A DNA stretch of 64,000 nt from an uncultured delta proteobacterium (GCA_963727445.1 CAVSGI010000014.1:384001-448000), one strand, 5' to 3'. Positions 26,311-41,938 are shown, counted from the stretch's first letter. The notes: a model not told the origin generated them from the letters alone. Numbers and translations are program-made.

Positions 26311-29300
26311 TGCCGTCGCCGATCGACAGGCTGCCTAGACGAGTCATTCGCTTGGTCCGGGCAGTCATCGCGCCGGCGTGGTGGGCTCTGCTCATTCTCT
26401 CCTGCCTGCTGGTCAGTGTGGCCTATCACGTCGAACATCCGCTCACGCGCATCGTGGCGCGCGACCTCACCAACCACTACGTGAGCCAGCTGATCATCGG
26501 TCGCCTGGAGATCGGTAGCGTCGCGGTCCTCGACTTCGAGCACGTGGAGGCGCACGACGTGTCGTTCTACGACGGCGAAGGGCGAGAGGTGATCCACGCC
26601 GACGAGGTGGAGCTCGGCTTCGATCTCGCGGCGGGCCTCGTCGGAACGCTGCACTTTTCCTACGCGGACCTGCGTCACGGCGACGTGAACCTTCTCGAAG
26701 GTGAGACCGCGCTCCCGTCGGTGATCGAAGCCTTCAGCCCGCCCGAGCCCAGCACCAGCGAAGGGCCGTCGCTTCATGCGGTCGTCGACGACATTCACCT
26801 CGATGACGTGCACATGCACGGAGAGCTGCTCGGACTCGAAGGGATCGAGGTGCCGGATCTCGACGCCACCGGACGACTCGAAGCCCACACCGACGGCGTC
26901 CTCGAGATCCTGGTGACGGGAGGGACGGGAACGCTCACCGAGCCCTACCCCTTCGTCGGGCGGGCCCAGCGTCTCACGGCGCGCATCAGCACCGACCCGC
27001 GTCAGGGCGTCCTGCTGCGCACCGGTGGCCTCATCGAACGCCCCGGAACGGATGGCGCCCCCGACGGTCCAACCGATCACATCGCGGTGCGCCTCACCTA
27101 CAAGCTCCCCGAGGGTGCGGCGGACGACGACCCGCAGGAGCTCGACATCCTGGTCCACGCCGATCCCGCCGAAGCGCAGGTCTTGAGCGAGCTCGGTTAC
27201 GAGTGGGCCGACCTCTTCGACTCGCAGGTCACGGGCTGGTTTCGCCTGAGCGGCGACCCGGAAGGCGCGCTCGCCATGCACGTGAATGGGGAAACAGAAG
27301 GCGGACCGATTCACATTCGAGGAACCCTCGGCCCGAACGGAAACGTGTCGATCCACGGGCGCACCGAAGGGCTCGACCTCTCCCGCGCGGTGCGAGGGGC
27401 GCCCGAGATCGAGGTGGCCGGCAGCGGCAGTCTCGAGATCGACGGAAGCGACCCCGACGCCCCGCCGCGGATCGCGGCGACCCTCGAGCCGCTCCTCTAC
27501 GATGGTTGGGCGGTGCCCGCGCTGCGCGGTGAAGGCGTGCTCCTCGAAGACCGGGTGCGCATCGATCGGGTGAGCGCTCCCTATGCCGGCGGCACGATCC
27601 GCGGCAGCGGCGAGATCGGCTTCGACGGCTCCACCGATCTGCGCGTTCGCGGAACCATCCCCAACCTCGCCCGCGACCGCAACGTCCGCAGGGTCATGCC
27701 CGATCTGAGCGGTTCGGCCACTGTGGACGCGCGCATCCAGACCTTCGGCGAGGATCGACCGGACCTCGATTTCGCCGGCACCATCATTCTCAGGGACGTT
27801 CACTACGGCGAGCTCAGCGCCCGCTACCTCCGCCTCGAAGGCTCGGCGCGCGGCGACCTCGCCCACCCGAGGCTCCAGATCGACGCCGACGGTGAAGGAG
27901 TGTTCCTCGCCGGATACGAGCTCGGTACCGCAGACCTCTCGGTCCACGGCGGCCCCCGCACCTACGGCGGCAATGGGCGCTTTCGCTCGAGCGACGGCCG
28001 CTCCCTCGAGCTCGCCGCCAACGTGACCCGCAACGGCCGAACCTGGACCCTCGACGCGAACGACTTCGTCTACCACTACGCGGGAGGCACCTGGGCGGGC
28101 AACGCGCGCGACGTGGTCTTCGATGCCGACCACTTCATCCAGGTCGGTCGCGCCACCCTCGCGAGCAACGGCCAACGTCTCGAGGGTTGGGGCACGTACC
28201 GCTTCCACGGGCCGGACGAGCTCTCCGCGCTCCTCACCGATTTCGATCTGGCCGCGCTTCGCGCCCTGATCGGTGACGCGGTGCCCGACGTGGGCGGGCG
28301 TGCCGACGCCCTGGTGGAGCTGACAGGCGACGTGATGACGCCGGTGCTGCACATCGAAGGAGCGCTGCGCGACGGGCACGTGAAGGACCTGAACGAGGTC
28401 AACGCCAGTTACCGAATCGATTACGAAGAAGGTGACCTCAACTTCGACGCGGACATGGACCTCGGCGCCCGCGGCAGCCTCCACGCCGTCGGTTCGGGGC
28501 TCCTCAATCCCGGCACCCCCAATCCCTTCGACGCGCTCGGAGGCGGCACCTACGAGATGGATATCGGCATCCACGGGGTGGACCTCGAGGTGGTGCACGA
28601 GCTCGCTGACACCGCTCTACCCGAGGGCATGACCGGGCGGATGCAGGGCCAGATCCACGCTTCGGGCCCCCTCCTCGCTCCGAACCTGGACGTGCAGCTC
28701 GGGGTCTACCGTCTTCAGATGCCCGGGATGAGCCCACTCAACGTGACTGCGAACTTCAGCTACGAGACCGGTGCGCTGGTCGGCAACATCGCCGCCGCCG
28801 ACGAACGAGGACCGCTCGCCCGAATGGAAACCAGCCTGCTCATCGACCTCGTCAACCTGCTGCTCAACCCGGCGGAGACGATGGAGTCGATGACCACCCT
28901 GCCCTGGACCGTCGACCTGACGGTGCCGCCGCGACGGCTCGCCGACTTCCCACCGGAGCTCCGCGCCTCGATCCCTTCCGATCTCTATCCGTTCCAGGTC
29001 GACCTCTCCGGGCGAATCTCGGGCGGTGGTTTCGAGACCCAGGGCGATCTGACGCTGAACGCCGAGTGGACCGGGGCGGCGGTCCATCCGATCTGCGAGG
29101 CCGCGGCGCAGACGCACCTGACGGCCCACGCGTCTCTGAGCAACGCCGAGAGCACCATCGAGACGACGTTCTTCGATGGCGACCAGGAGCTGGCGAGCGT
29201 GACGATCGCGGCCAACACGCCTTTCGAAGAGTGGGTGACCCACCCGAACGACTTCGCGATGCCGGCAACCCGATTGAGCGCCCTGTTGTCGGATGCGCCC

Positions 29301-30953
29301 ATCGAAAAGCTGCCCTACCTCTGCGAGTACGCGACCGGTCCGATGTCGGCCACTCTCGAAGCGAGCGACCTCTTCACCGATCAGCCCACGTTGCACGTCG
29401 AGGCCGCCAGCAACGGCGCACAGGTGATGGAGACCGACCCGGTGCGGGCGACGTTCGAGGTCAACGCCGACGCCGAGAGCAGCCACGTCCTCGCCGACTT
29501 CGCGTGGTGGTCGGGAGAGAGCGCACGCTTCGAAGTCCGGGCGCCGATCGTCTGGGACGCGGCGCATCCCGTGGCCGAGAGCACCGACGGAGACCTGCTG
29601 GTCCGCGCCGTCTTCGACTCGGCCCCACTCGGCCCCTTCGTCACCTGGTTGCCGCAGATCGCGTTCGCGCACGGGTATCTCTCCGGAAGCTTCGAGGCGA
29701 CCGGCCCCCTCGACGACCTCGACATGCAGGGCGACCTGAGCATTCACGACGGGTACGTCGAGCTGGTGGGCCTCGGCCAGCACCTTCACGACGTCCAGGG
29801 CGACTTCGATTTCCGCGGCAACTGGGCGCGGATCACACGGCTGCGCGCCTACGATGGCGACGGTTTCATTCAGGTCGACGGGAGCGTGGGGTTCGACGGG
29901 TGGTTCCCCGCGCGCGCGCGGGTCTCTCTGAACAGCCGTGAGTTCCCCGTCCGCTCCGAGGGGAGTGTGTTGGCTACGCTGACCGGCAGCGCGGGGATCG
30001 ACGCCGACATCAGCGGCGACGAGACCGACATGGACATCGAGGTTCGTAGCCTCAACGTTCAGCTGCCCGAGGACTCCACCCGAACGGTACAGGACCTCGA
30101 TCCACACCCCGACGTGCGCATCATCGGCGTCGCTTCGCGTACGCTCGACGAAGAGGAGCCGTACCCGTTCCGCATTCACGTGAACGCGGCGCGACCTTTC
30201 TGGGTTCGCCGCAGCGACTTCGCCGCGATGATCGCCGCCGACCTGGTGGCGACGTATCGCGATCCGGATCTCTTCCTCTCTGGCTACGCGGACCTCCGGC
30301 GCGGCTTCTTCGAGGTCTTCGGCAAGCGCTTCGATATCGAACGTGGGTCGATGAACTTCGACGGAAGCAGCGACATCGACCCCGAGGTCAACCTCGTCGC
30401 GACCCATGACATGCGCACGCCGCCCAACACCCAGGTGACCGTCGTGGTCAGCGGCCAGCTCTCGAACCCGACGATCGAGTTCAGCAGCAACCATCGCGAC
30501 TGCAACGAGCGCGCCTCGATCATCTCCATGCTGGTCAGCGGTCGCTGCGGCGCGCCCTCCGGCAACACCAGCAACCTCCAGTTCAACGCGTACGAGCAGG
30601 CCTCCGACTTCCTGGCCGGTGTGGCGGCGGGCCTTCTGACCCTCACCGCGCGCAAGGAGTTCGGCGACGTGCTGCCGGTCATCGTGATCGAGAGCGGCAA
30701 CCAGGCCTTCCAGAGCGCGCGCGTCCGCGCCGGCTTTCAAGCGAACGACATCATCCCGGGCTTCCTGAAGGACGTGGTGCAGGGCGCTTACATCGAAGGC
30801 ATCTTCACCGCGGGCAACAACAGCAACGGCAGCGGCAGCTCGGGCCTCTTGCCGGGTGTGCTGATCGAGCTCTCCTTCCCCTACTCGCTCGTGACCACTG
30901 GGCAGTACACGCCGCCGAACAACTGGTCGGTGGACATCCTGTGGCAGCCGTGA
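26310..30953 (+). CDS. tamB: Translocation and assembly module TamB
   Basis: 1547 aa beta-rich AsmA-like protein with N-terminal TM; C-terminal [10 protein letters not shown]...DPEVNL; coupled to tamA. Confidence 0.8.
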   Translation: MPSPIDRLPRRVIRLVRAVIAPAWWALLILSCLLVSVAYHVEHPLTRIVARDLTNHYVSQLIIGRLEIGSVAVLDFEHVEAHDVSFYDGEGREVIHADEVELGFDLAAGLVGTLHFSYADLRHGDVNLLEGETALPSVIEAFSPPEPSTSEGPSLHAVVDDIHLDDVHMHGELLGLEGIEVPDLDATGRLEAHTDGVLEILVTGGTGTLTEPYPFVGRAQRLTARISTDPRQGVLLRTGGLIERPGTDGAPDGPTDHIAVRLTYKLPEGAADDDPQELDILVHADPAEAQVLSELGYEWADLFDSQVTGWFRLSGDPEGALAMHVNGETEGGPIHIRGTLGPNGNVSIHGRTEGLDLSRAVRGAPEIEVAGSGSLEIDGSDPDAPPRIAATLEPLLYDGWAVPALRGEGVLLEDRVRIDRVSAPYAGGTIRGSGEIGFDGSTDLRVRGTIPNLARDRNVRRVMPDLSGSATVDARIQTFGEDRPDLDFAGTIILRDVHYGELSARYLRLEGSARGDLAHPRLQIDADGEGVFLAGYELGTADLSVHGGPRTYGGNGRFRSSDGRSLELAANVTRNGRTWTLDANDFVYHYAGGTWAGNARDVVFDADHFIQVGRATLASNGQRLEGWGTYRFHGPDELSALLTDFDLAALRALIGDAVPDVGGRADALVELTGDVMTPVLHIEGALRDGHVKDLNEVNASYRIDYEEGDLNFDADMDLGARGSLHAVGSGLLNPGTPNPFDALGGGTYEMDIGIHGVDLEVVHELADTALPEGMTGRMQGQIHASGPLLAPNLDVQLGVYRLQMPGMSPLNVTANFSYETGALVGNIAAADERGPLARMETSLLIDLVNLLLNPAETMESMTTLPWTVDLTVPPRRLADFPPELRASIPSDLYPFQVDLSGRISGGGFETQGDLTLNAEWTGAAVHPICEAAAQTHLTAHASLSNAESTIETTFFDGDQELASVTIAANTPFEEWVTHPNDFAMPATRLSALLSDAPIEKLPYLCEYATGPMSATLEASDLFTDQPTLHVEAASNGAQVMETDPVRATFEVNADAESSHVLADFAWWSGESARFEVRAPIVWDAAHPVAESTDGDLLVRAVFDSAPLGPFVTWLPQIAFAHGYLSGSFEATGPLDDLDMQGDLSIHDGYVELVGLGQHLHDVQGDFDFRGNWARITRLRAYDGDGFIQVDGSVGFDGWFPARARVSLNSREFPVRSEGSVLATLTGSAGIDADISGDETDMDIEVRSLNVQLPEDSTRTVQDLDPHPDVRIIGVASRTLDEEEPYPFRIHVNAARPFWVRRSDFAAMIAADLVATYRDPDLFLSGYADLRRGFFEVFGKRFDIERGSMNFDGSSDIDPEVNLVATHDMRTPPNTQVTVVVSGQLSNPTIEFSSNHRDCNERASIISMLVSGRCGAPSGNTSNLQFNAYEQASDFLAGVAAGLLTLTARKEFGDVLPVIVIESGNQAFQSARVRAGFQANDIIPGFLKDVVQGAYIEGIFTAGNNSNGSGSSGLLPGVLIELSFPYSLVTTGQYTPPNNWSVDILWQP

Positions 30954-31044
30954 GGAGCGGAGTGGGGGGATCCTGTTCCCGATCCGGATTCGGAGCAGGA
31001 GCAGGTCCAGGAACAGGCGCAGGGCCAACGGCCTCTCCGCTCCT
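30953..31044. terminator. Structured intergenic element between convergent tamB and glmM
   Basis: Outer 10-bp IR AGGAGCGGAG/CTCCGCTCCT enclosing degenerate hexamer repeats in inverted arrangement. Confidence 0.45.
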
Positions 31045-31050
31045 TCGCCC

Positions 31051-32417
<1,367 letters not shown>

Positions 32418-32445
32418 GCCCGCCGTTGATAGCACAGCCGGGCCG

Positions 32446-33444
32446 TCAGGGCTCGGGCTCGGGTGCGTGGCGACGCGGCGCGGGAGGCGGGGTCGGGGTG
32501 CTCCCGGGCACTCGCGTCACCAGGACCTCGGCCGGCTCGACCTGGAGCACCTCGACGTTCTGTGGCAGCCCCCGCACCTGTACGCCGAGGGGACGGGTCC
32601 CCCCGAGCGCCAGCTCCTCCGAGCTCGAGTCGACCCAGGGGACCACCCGATCACCCGTCAGCTCGGCGATGAGCTCGGGCGCGCCTCGGATCTGCACGTC
32701 CACGGTGGACGGACGCACCCGGGCCGCCGGCCCCACCGGGACCACCTCGAGATCCGAGAGCGTCCGCTCGTCGCGCTCCGGGATGACCTCGAAGCGAACG
32801 GTGACCGAGGAGCCGTTCGGATAGGAGGTGTGCGCCCGAGGTGGATCGAGGCGCACGATCCGCTCGTAGGTGCCCGCGCCGAGACCACGCACGCTCACGG
32901 CTTCGGTCCGGATCGACGACATGGCGTCGATCTCGCTCAACGCCCCTTCGACCAACACCTGGTTCGGCTCGACCTCGGGATCGGAGAGGCTGAGCCCCTC
33001 TCCCGGCTGTCCGCTCAGGATGGGCTCGACGGGGACCTCTTCCTGGCCGCGGTCGTCCCAGGTCAGCGGGATCGAGTCCGGCGCGAGTTGGACGATCTGC
33101 ACGCCCACCGGGAGCTCGAAGACCTCCGGCTCGAAGTAGAAGTAGCGCAACTCGGGATCGGTGAGGTCGACCTGCACCGCGTCCATCTCTTCGCGACGCA
33201 CCGAGTTGAGGAGCGAACGCGAGCCACTGAGCGTGACGCGCACACGGTCCGGCAGCTCGCTCACCAGGATCTTGCCCGAGTCCGCGGGCGGCAGAATCGC
33301 CACCACGTCGACGAAAATGGAGCGCTGCGCGTCCTCGGCGCCGTGCACCAGCGAGAAGAGGATGATGGCGGCGGCCAGGCTGAAGAGCTTGAGGCCGATG
33401 TTCTCGGTGAAGAGCGCGCGCAGCGTTTCGAGCACCCAGCTCAC
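32446..33444 (-). CDS. cdaR: CdaR/YbbR-like domain protein
   Basis: [17 protein letters not shown]-terminal TM, YbbR-like repeats, position between cdaA and glmM. Confidence 0.8.
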   Translation of the reverse strand: MSWVLETLRALFTENIGLKLFSLAAAIILFSLVHGAEDAQRSIFVDVVAILPPADSGKILVSELPDRVRVTLSGSRSLLNSVRREEMDAVQVDLTDPELRYFYFEPEVFELPVGVQIVQLAPDSIPLTWDDRGQEEVPVEPILSGQPGEGLSLSDPEVEPNQVLVEGALSEIDAMSSIRTEAVSVRGLGAGTYERIVRLDPPRAHTSYPNGSSVTVRFEVIPERDERTLSDLEVVPVGPAARVRPSTVDVQIRGAPELIAELTGDRVVPWVDSSSEELALGGTRPLGVQVRGLPQNVEVLQVEPAEVLVTRVPGSTPTPPPAPRRHAPEPEP

Positions 33445-34367
33445 GTATCGGCCTTCTTACCGTCGGGCACCGAAGAAGAGCGCTTCGGGGAGGGGATCGA
33501 CTTGCGCTCGGGCGCGAGGGACTTGCGCTCTGCGTCGCCGGTCGCGATCTTCTTCGACACGTCGCGAGACTTCTTGGGCGCGCGGAAGAAGAGGCCGAGG
33601 AGCGCGTCGCGGAGCGCGTTGACGTCGAGGTCGCGGATGATGTTGCCGCCGATGCAGAGGCTGATGGAGCCACGCTCCTCCGAAACCACGACCACGACGG
33701 CGTCGGTCTCTTCGGTGATGCCGATCGCCGCGCGATGCCGTGTGCCGAGGGTACGGTCGATCTTGGGGCTGACCGTCAACGGCAGGAACGCGCCCGCTTG
33801 AGCCACACGACCGCCGCGGATCACCACCGCGCCGTCGTGCATGGGGTTTTCGAAGCTCGGGATGAAGATGCTGTAGAGCAGCTCCTTGGTCACCGCGGCG
33901 TCGAGCTCGGTCCCGGGCTCGAGGAACTCGTCGAGCGACGCGCCACGCTCGAAGACGATGAGGGCGCCGACGCGCTTCTGCGCGAGCTGGGCGCTCGCCT
34001 TGATGACCTCCTCGAAGACGTGGGTGTCGCGAGCGGTCGTGGTGGCGCGCCAGATCGGCCCCTGTCCCACGCGCATGAGCGCGCGCCGGATGTCGGCCTG
34101 GAAGATGACGACGACGATCAGCACGAGATAGGTGACGACCGAGTCGAGGAGCGACCAGACCGTGACCAGACCGAGCCGCCGCGCCAGCTCGTAGACGAGG
34201 AAGACGAAGGCCAGGCCGATGCCCATCTGCATCGCGCGCGTGCCGCGCACCAGCACGAGGACGCGATAGATGACGAAGGTGACGAGGCCGATGTCGGCGA
34301 GGTCGAGGAGGATCGCGAGCGCGTCGCGGTTGAAGAAGTCACGCAGGTTGGTGAGGAAGTCCCACAT
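33441..34367 (-). CDS. cdaA: Diadenylate cyclase CdaA (DisA_N domain)
   Basis: Three TMs, GALIVFER, HDGAVVI and GTRHRAAIG catalytic motifs, VSEERG. Confidence 0.93.
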   Translation of the reverse strand: MWDFLTNLRDFFNRDALAILLDLADIGLVTFVIYRVLVLVRGTRAMQMGIGLAFVFLVYELARRLGLVTVWSLLDSVVTYLVLIVVVIFQADIRRALMRVGQGPIWRATTTARDTHVFEEVIKASAQLAQKRVGALIVFERGASLDEFLEPGTELDAAVTKELLYSIFIPSFENPMHDGAVVIRGGRVAQAGAFLPLTVSPKIDRTLGTRHRAAIGITEETDAVVVVVSEERGSISLCIGGNIIRDLDVNALRDALLGLFFRAPKKSRDVSKKIATGDAERKSLAPERKSIPSPKRSSSVPDGKKADT

Positions 34368-35230
34368 CAGGTGGCCCCCCGCATGGCCTGCCCGAGGAGC
34401 ACTGCCTGACGCATGGTGGCGACGTCGTGGACGCGCACCGCGTGAGCGCCGCCCATCACCGCCGCGGTCACCGTCGCCGCGGTTCCGCCGATGCGCGCTT
34501 CGGGCGGTGGACGCTCGCCGCTCGCCGTCGGCGCGGTCTCGGCGATGAAGGACTTGCGGCTCGTGCCCACCAGCACCTTGTACCCGGTGGCGACCAGCGT
34601 CCTTGGTGTGCGCGACGAGGGTGATGCTCTGCCGAGCGGTCTTCGCGAAGCCGATGCCGGGATCGATCCGAATCCGTTCGCGCGAGACCCCGGCGCGAAT
34701 CGCGCGCGAGGCTTTCTCCTCGAGCTCCCGGATGACATCGGCCACGACGTCAACGATACGCCGTGTTCGGTCCTGAAATCTCCCCCCGACCGCGATTGTG
34801 CATCAAGACCAGCTCGGCCCCGGTCTCGGCCACGGCCGTCAGAAGGTCGGGGTCCTCTCCGCCGGAGACGTCGTTGACGATGGCGGCGCCGGCCAAGAGG
34901 GCGCGACGGGCGACCTTCCCCTTCACCGTGTCGACCGAGACCCGGGCCCCGTGGTCTGCCACCAGACGCTCGATCACCGGCACCACCCGGCGGATCTCCT
35001 CCTCGGCGGGGACCCTCTCGGCGCCGGAGCCATAGGCCCGACCGGCAGGCCGTGAGGACTCCGCCACCGACGTCGATCACGTCGGCGCCGTCCGCGAGCA
35101 TGGACGAAGCGTGCCGAGCCGCGCGCTCCGGGTCCAGAAAGCGCCCCCCATCACTGAAGGAGTCGGGGGTCACGTTCAGGACGCCCCAGACCTCGCAACG
35201 GCTAGCGAAGCGTGACTCCCCCCCTTGCAC
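34367..35230 (-). CDS. folP: Dihydropteroate synthase (frameshifted)
   Basis: [53 protein letters not shown], spread over frames. Confidence 0.9.
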   Translation of the reverse strand: MQGGESRFASRCEVWGVLNVTPDSFSDGGRFLDPERAARHASSMLADGADVIDVGGGVLTACRSGLWLRRREGPRRGGDPPGGAGDRASGGRPRGPGLGRHGEGEGRPSRPLGRRRHRQRRLRRRGPRPSDGRGRDRGRAGLDAQSRSGGDFRTEHGVSLTSWPMSSGSSRRKPRARFAPGSRANGFGSIPASASRRPLGRASPSSRTPRTLVATGYKVLVGTSRKSFIAETAPTASGERPPPEARIGGTAATVTAAVMGGAHAVRVHDVATMRQAVLLGQAMRGAT

Positions 35231-35240
35231 TCCCTCCCCC

Positions 35241-37183
<1,943 letters not shown>

Positions 37184-37333
37184 GGGGAGAAACCTTCGAT
37201 CACGAGGGATCTAGCTAGCATATGCCCTTTGGGCGGGGCAATCCGGCGGCAGTGACATCGAGGGGCTGGGAGCTTCCTCGGTGCCCTCATTCCCCTTCGA
37301 TTTGGGGATCCTGGGCCCTGTCGTCCAGGCTTT

Positions 37334-38284
37334 TCATGCTTCTTCATAAATCACGATCAGGGCCTCGGCCTCTCGGCGAAGGGTCTGGCGCTCGGAGAGC
37401 CGGACCTCGGCTTCGGGTCCGACCAGGCCCCGCACCATCTCATCGACGGCGACGAGGTGGCTCCTCTTGGGTGATCGACCGGTGACGTCTTCGAGAAATT
37501 GGCGGATCGCGGCCCGGCGGGGGGCCGGCTCGGCGCGGGCGAGCGGCGCGATCGCCAATCTCCCCTCCCGTTCGGCTTCGGCCCGCAGGCGCGCGCCCGC
37601 GGCGCGGACCAGCAGCTCCGTGGCCCGGGCGTCGTCGGCGAGGTCGGCCAGGTGGTCCACGATCCGCGGATCCTCGGCCTCGAGCGCGGGCAGGATCGAC
37701 GTGCGGATCCGCACCCGACGATAGCGCGGGTCCTCGTTGCTCGGGTCGGCGGCGAAGTCGAGGTGGTGATGCGCGAGGTGCGCCCGCACCTCCGCCCGGC
37801 GCACGTCGATCAGCGGCCGGATCACGCCGTCCTCGCGGCTCGCCGCGATGCCGCCCAGACCCGTGACCGAGGCGCCGCGAAAGAGGCGCTCGAGCACCGT
37901 CTCGGCCTGGTCGTCCCGGGTATGTCCCACCGCGACGTGGCTGGCGCCACGCGTCTCGGCCAGACGGAAGAGCGCCTCGTAGCGAGCGTCGCGTGCCTCC
38001 GCCTGAAGGGAGCCGCTCTTCGGCACCTCGACCTTCGCCATGGCGAGAGGCAGCGCGAGGCGCTCGGCCAGCGCCTTCACCAAGGCGATCTCCGCCGACA
38101 CCTCGCGCAGGCCGTGATCGACCACGGCGAGGGTCAGGGAGAGCCGCAGGGGCTCGGCCAGGCGGCTCAGGACGTGGGCCATCGCCACCGAATCGGGACC
38201 GCCCGAGCAGGCCACGATCACCCGCTCGTCACCGCGGAGGAGCCCCCGCCGCTGGATGGTCTGTCGGACGCGGCTGACGATCAC
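37334..38284 (-). CDS. tilS: tRNA(Ile)-lysidine synthase
   Basis: ACSGGPDS, VDHGLR, ARDARY, GHTRDDQAET, IRPL, DPSN; start approximate. Confidence 0.92.
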   Translation of the reverse strand: MIVSRVRQTIQRRGLLRGDERVIVACSGGPDSVAMAHVLSRLAEPLRLSLTLAVVDHGLREVSAEIALVKALAERLALPLAMAKVEVPKSGSLQAEARDARYEALFRLAETRGASHVAVGHTRDDQAETVLERLFRGASVTGLGGIAASREDGVIRPLIDVRRAEVRAHLAHHHLDFAADPSNEDPRYRRVRIRTSILPALEAEDPRIVDHLADLADDARATELLVRAAGARLRAEAEREGRLAIAPLARAEPAPRRAAIRQFLEDVTGRSPKRSHLVAVDEMVRGLVGPEAEVRLSERQTLRREAEALIVIYEEA

Positions 38285-38353
38285 GGAGCAAAGGTGTCCG
38301 AGGCCGATGGAGGGCGCCACAAGGGATTGCCCGCCCTCTGATATGCTTCGCCC

Positions 38354-39712
38354 GTGCCGCGCGGGCTCCTTCGCTTCTGCCTCTTCATGCTTCTCGTTCC
38401 GCTCCTCGCCGGGGCGGGCCCGGACTACGTGGGTTGCGGTGGTGGGCCCGAGAGCGTTCCGAGCGGTGGCGCGCCGCTGCCCGAGGCCACGGACGCGTGC
38501 ACGGTCGACGCCGATTGTCCCGCGGACGCCTGCGCCCAGCTGCGCTGCATCGCCGGCGTGTGCACCGAGGTCGCACCGATGATCGACGAGGACGGCGATG
38601 GCGACGCGCCGCCCCCTTGCGGCACCGACTGCGACGACACCCGCCCCGAAGTGGGGGGCGGCTTCGGTGAGGTGTGCGACGGACTCGACAACGACTGCAA
38701 CATGCTGGTGGACGACGGGGCGTCCCGCGTCGACCGCGTCTTCCCCGTCCCGAACGCAGACCCCACCTCCATCGTCGTCCCCTGGGGTGACCGCTTCCTG
38801 TTGACCGATACCACCCGCGTCGCGGTCTTCGGCAGCACTGTCACCCTGGGAGGCGAGGTCTCGCGGCCCTTCGAGCTCCAGCGCCTGGTGCGCGGCGCTG
38901 CGTTTCGTGCCATCGCCGGCGCAGCCGCCGCGGACGGGCGCGTGCTCTTCGTGACCCTCACCGACGATTCGCTTCTGCGCTATCTGGTGGTGCAACCCGA
39001 CGGCGAGGGCATCACGGTGGTCGATGGGCCGGCGGATCTCGACAGTGGCCTGGTGGACATCCAGGCGATCGACGTCATCCCCTTCGGAGCGGACTGGGCC
39101 ATCGGCATCTCGGGACGGTCCGACATCACCGCCCAGCGCGTGGTGATGACAGCGCTCGACGCGCCGCCGCCCATCGTCCTCGACGTCGCCGCGACCGGCA
39201 CCCTCTCCTTCGCGGTTGCGACCGACGGGACGCACCTCGTCGTGCCCGACACCGAGGATGGTCTGCACTTCTTCCTGCCCACCGGCGAAGAGGATGTGGG
39301 CTTCACCCTCCCAGGCCTCGGCATGGCGCGACACCCGCTCGCCTCCTGGTCGGGCGCGGTGGTCGCGGTCGTGGCGGACGCCTTCGACTACAACATCGGC
39401 TTCGTCGATTCGGTCATCGGCCTCGGCGGCGTCGAGCCCGCGCCCTTCGGCGACATGAGCGACGACATCTACGTCCACAGCGCGGGCGAGCGGGTGCTGG
39501 TCTCGCGCCACTCGACCGTGGGCTCACAGACGCGCGTGCAGGCGATCCAGAGCGACCTGTCGACCTACGACGGAGAGGCGCTGCTGTTGACCGACGCCAT
39601 GGGCGCGGCGACCCAGAGCGTGAGCGTGGCCATGTCGGACCTCGCCATCGGCGTGGGCGGCGGCAACACCAGCGGCGGCGCGGTGGGCGTGCTCCGCGCT
39701 TGCGCGCCCTGA
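38354..39712 (+). CDS. Exported protein with putative metal-binding (MopE-like) Cys/Asp motif
   Basis: DEDGDGD...DCDD...EVCDGLDNDCNMLVDDG; N-terminal hydrophobic segment. Confidence 0.7.
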   Translation: MPRGLLRFCLFMLLVPLLAGAGPDYVGCGGGPESVPSGGAPLPEATDACTVDADCPADACAQLRCIAGVCTEVAPMIDEDGDGDAPPPCGTDCDDTRPEVGGGFGEVCDGLDNDCNMLVDDGASRVDRVFPVPNADPTSIVVPWGDRFLLTDTTRVAVFGSTVTLGGEVSRPFELQRLVRGAAFRAIAGAAAADGRVLFVTLTDDSLLRYLVVQPDGEGITVVDGPADLDSGLVDIQAIDVIPFGADWAIGISGRSDITAQRVVMTALDAPPPIVLDVAATGTLSFAVATDGTHLVVPDTEDGLHFFLPTGEEDVGFTLPGLGMARHPLASWSGAVVAVVADAFDYNIGFVDSVIGLGGVEPAPFGDMSDDIYVHSAGERVLVSRHSTVGSQTRVQAIQSDLSTYDGEALLLTDAMGAATQSVSVAMSDLAIGVGGGNTSGGAVGVLRACAP

Positions 39713-39715
39713 CGC

Positions 39716-41908
39716 TCAGCCGCCCTCGGCGGGCGCGTCGTCTTCCGCATCACCATCGCCTGCGGCGGCGTCGTCGACCACCACCAGCCGGCCCGCCTCG
39801 CCGTCCCACTGGAAGAACTCGCGCCGTCCGTCGGCGTGACGGATGCGGATCGGGAAGTATCCCGCCTCCCCTTCGGCGTCGTGTTGGAGTCGCACGGCGA
39901 AGGACGCGCGCCGGCCCCGCGGCAGCTCCTGGCTCGAAGGCACGGTGGCCTCGAAGATCGGGCGGTCGTGGCCAACGCGATAGCCGGTCCAGGTCTCCAG
40001 CCCCTCGCGATGGGGCGCTGGTCCCTGCTGCCAAGCGATGAAGACGAGGGTGTCGCCTCCCGTATCCTCGGTCTCGGTGGTGAGCACGTCCACCACCCAG
40101 CCGGAGATGGGAACCACGAGCTCGGGCGTGAGCGCGCAACCGGCGTCCCGGCGAAAGACGCCCACGATCGATCGCGAATGGCCGGGATCGCGGGAGACGC
40201 CGAGGAAGCCGTCCTGACCGAGGCCGTCGCGGCGTAGCCTCAGTCGCGCGAGCACCGTGTCCCCGTAGAACGCCTGAGGATCGGTCGCGGACAGGTCGGA
40301 GACCACCTGCTCCGTCTCGGGGAGGCATCCGGAGTCGCGCTCGAGGAAGCGCGAAGCCGACCAGCCGAGGTGATGCTGCGACGGGATGACGTACATCCAC
40401 GACCCGCTCGCGCCGAGCTTCGACTCCTGTCCCTCCACATGCCCGGTGAGGCCCACCACCACGGTGCCGCGCGGCAGGGTGCGGATCAGCTCGGCGCGCG
40501 GGTCGGGCGCGCTACGCACGTTGAGCGAGACCGAGGTTCGATAGATCTCGGGCGCGAGGGCGTACTCGATGGATCCGTCCCAGTCGATCGCCGCCGACCC
40601 CATGCGGGCGGCCATCGTTCTCGCCGCCGAAGCGCTCACGTAGGCGAGCGAGATCGCGATCCACCCGCCCTCCCCGGCCTCCTCGATGAAGCGGACGCCT
40701 TCGCGGGTCGGGCCCTCGGGCACGTTGCGGAAGCGTGCGGCGAGCTGCGGAAGGTCGTCCGGCCCGGCGATGCGATGCATGCCGCCGACGACCTCGTTCG
40801 CAGCGTCCCCGCCATCGAGAGGCACGACCGTCAGGCCGGCGTCCACCGGATCGCCCGAGGGCGGGGGCCACATGAAGAAGGCGGCCGCACCGGCGGCCAG
40901 GACCAGCGCCGCAAAGAGGGTGATCATCCCGCCGAAGCGCAGGGAGGACGACTTGCGCTTGGTCACGGGCGTCGCCAGGGGCGGCCGACGCGGGCTGTCG
41001 TCGAACGCGGTCGGCGCGGTCGCCGATACGTCGCGCGGCGTGACGCGCAGGCTCTCGCCGCCAGCGACGGAAGCCATGAGCGCCCGACGCATCTCGCTCG
41101 CGTCGGCGAATCGGTCGTCGGGCAGACGCGAGAGCGCCCTTCGCACGACGTCGACGAGCGGGCGCGGAACATCGGGGCGGAGCTCTCCCAAATCGATGGG
41201 CTCGTCCGCGACGATCGACGCGATCACCGCCGACGCGCTCGGACCTTCGAAGGGACGCCGGCCAGCGATGGCCTCGTAGAGGATCACGCCCACGCTGAAG
41301 AGGTCCGCGCGATGGTCGATGTGCTTCGCGCTCCGTACCTGCTCCGGCGACATGTAGTAAGGCGTGCCGAGGAACTGATGCGTCTGGGTCAGACTCGGCA
41401 GCGGCTTGCCGTCCGCGTCCTGCGTGATGCTGCGCGCGAGCCCGAAGTCGAGGACCTTCACCACGGTCTTGTTGCCGAGGCGCGCCAGGAAGAGATTTCC
41501 GGGTTTGAGGTCGCGATGGATGATCCCCGCCTCGTGCACGACGGCGAGGCCGTCGAGGGCTTCGGCGAGCCACCCGACGACCTCCTCGAGGGTCGGCGGC
41601 GGCAGGATCTCCAGGCGCTCCTCCAGGCTCATCCCGTCGAGGAGCTCCATCACCAGGTAGAGCTCCCCTTCGGGGCTCACGCCCGAGTCGAGCACCTCCA
41701 CCACGTTCGGATGTCGCACGCTCGCTGTGTGCTGCGCCTCGCGCTTGAAGCGCTCGGCGCCGGTCTCGCTCGAGACCTCGGGGCGAATGACCTTGACCGC
41801 GACGTCGGTGCCGTCACGGGTGTCGGTGGCACGATAGACCGCACCCATGCCGCCGGCGCCGATGCGCTCGCGAAGCTCGTACCGGCCGCCTATGGGAGCC
41901 GCTCCCAT
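39716..41908 (-). CDS. Ser/Thr protein kinase with TM and C-terminal SH3b-like domain
   Basis: IGAGGMGAVY, VAVK, HRDLKPGN, DFG, YMSPEQ; TM; LNVRSAP...LPRGT...GWSASRFL. Confidence 0.9.
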   Translation of the reverse strand: MGAAPIGGRYELRERIGAGGMGAVYRATDTRDGTDVAVKVIRPEVSSETGAERFKREAQHTASVRHPNVVEVLDSGVSPEGELYLVMELLDGMSLEERLEILPPPTLEEVVGWLAEALDGLAVVHEAGIIHRDLKPGNLFLARLGNKTVVKVLDFGLARSITQDADGKPLPSLTQTHQFLGTPYYMSPEQVRSAKHIDHRADLFSVGVILYEAIAGRRPFEGPSASAVIASIVADEPIDLGELRPDVPRPLVDVVRRALSRLPDDRFADASEMRRALMASVAGGESLRVTPRDVSATAPTAFDDSPRRPPLATPVTKRKSSSLRFGGMITLFAALVLAAGAAAFFMWPPPSGDPVDAGLTVVPLDGGDAANEVVGGMHRIAGPDDLPQLAARFRNVPEGPTREGVRFIEEAGEGGWIAISLAYVSASAARTMAARMGSAAIDWDGSIEYALAPEIYRTSVSLNVRSAPDPRAELIRTLPRGTVVVGLTGHVEGQESKLGASGSWMYVIPSQHHLGWSASRFLERDSGCLPETEQVVSDLSATDPQAFYGDTVLARLRLRRDGLGQDGFLGVSRDPGHSRSIVGVFRRDAGCALTPELVVPISGWVVDVLTTETEDTGGDTLVFIAWQQGPAPHREGLETWTGYRVGHDRPIFEATVPSSQELPRGRRASFAVRLQHDAEGEAGYFPIRIRHADGRREFFQWDGEAGRLVVVDDAAAGDGDAEDDAPAEGG

Positions 41909-41938
41909 CGCCGGCTACGGTATCACCGACGGCTCGGT

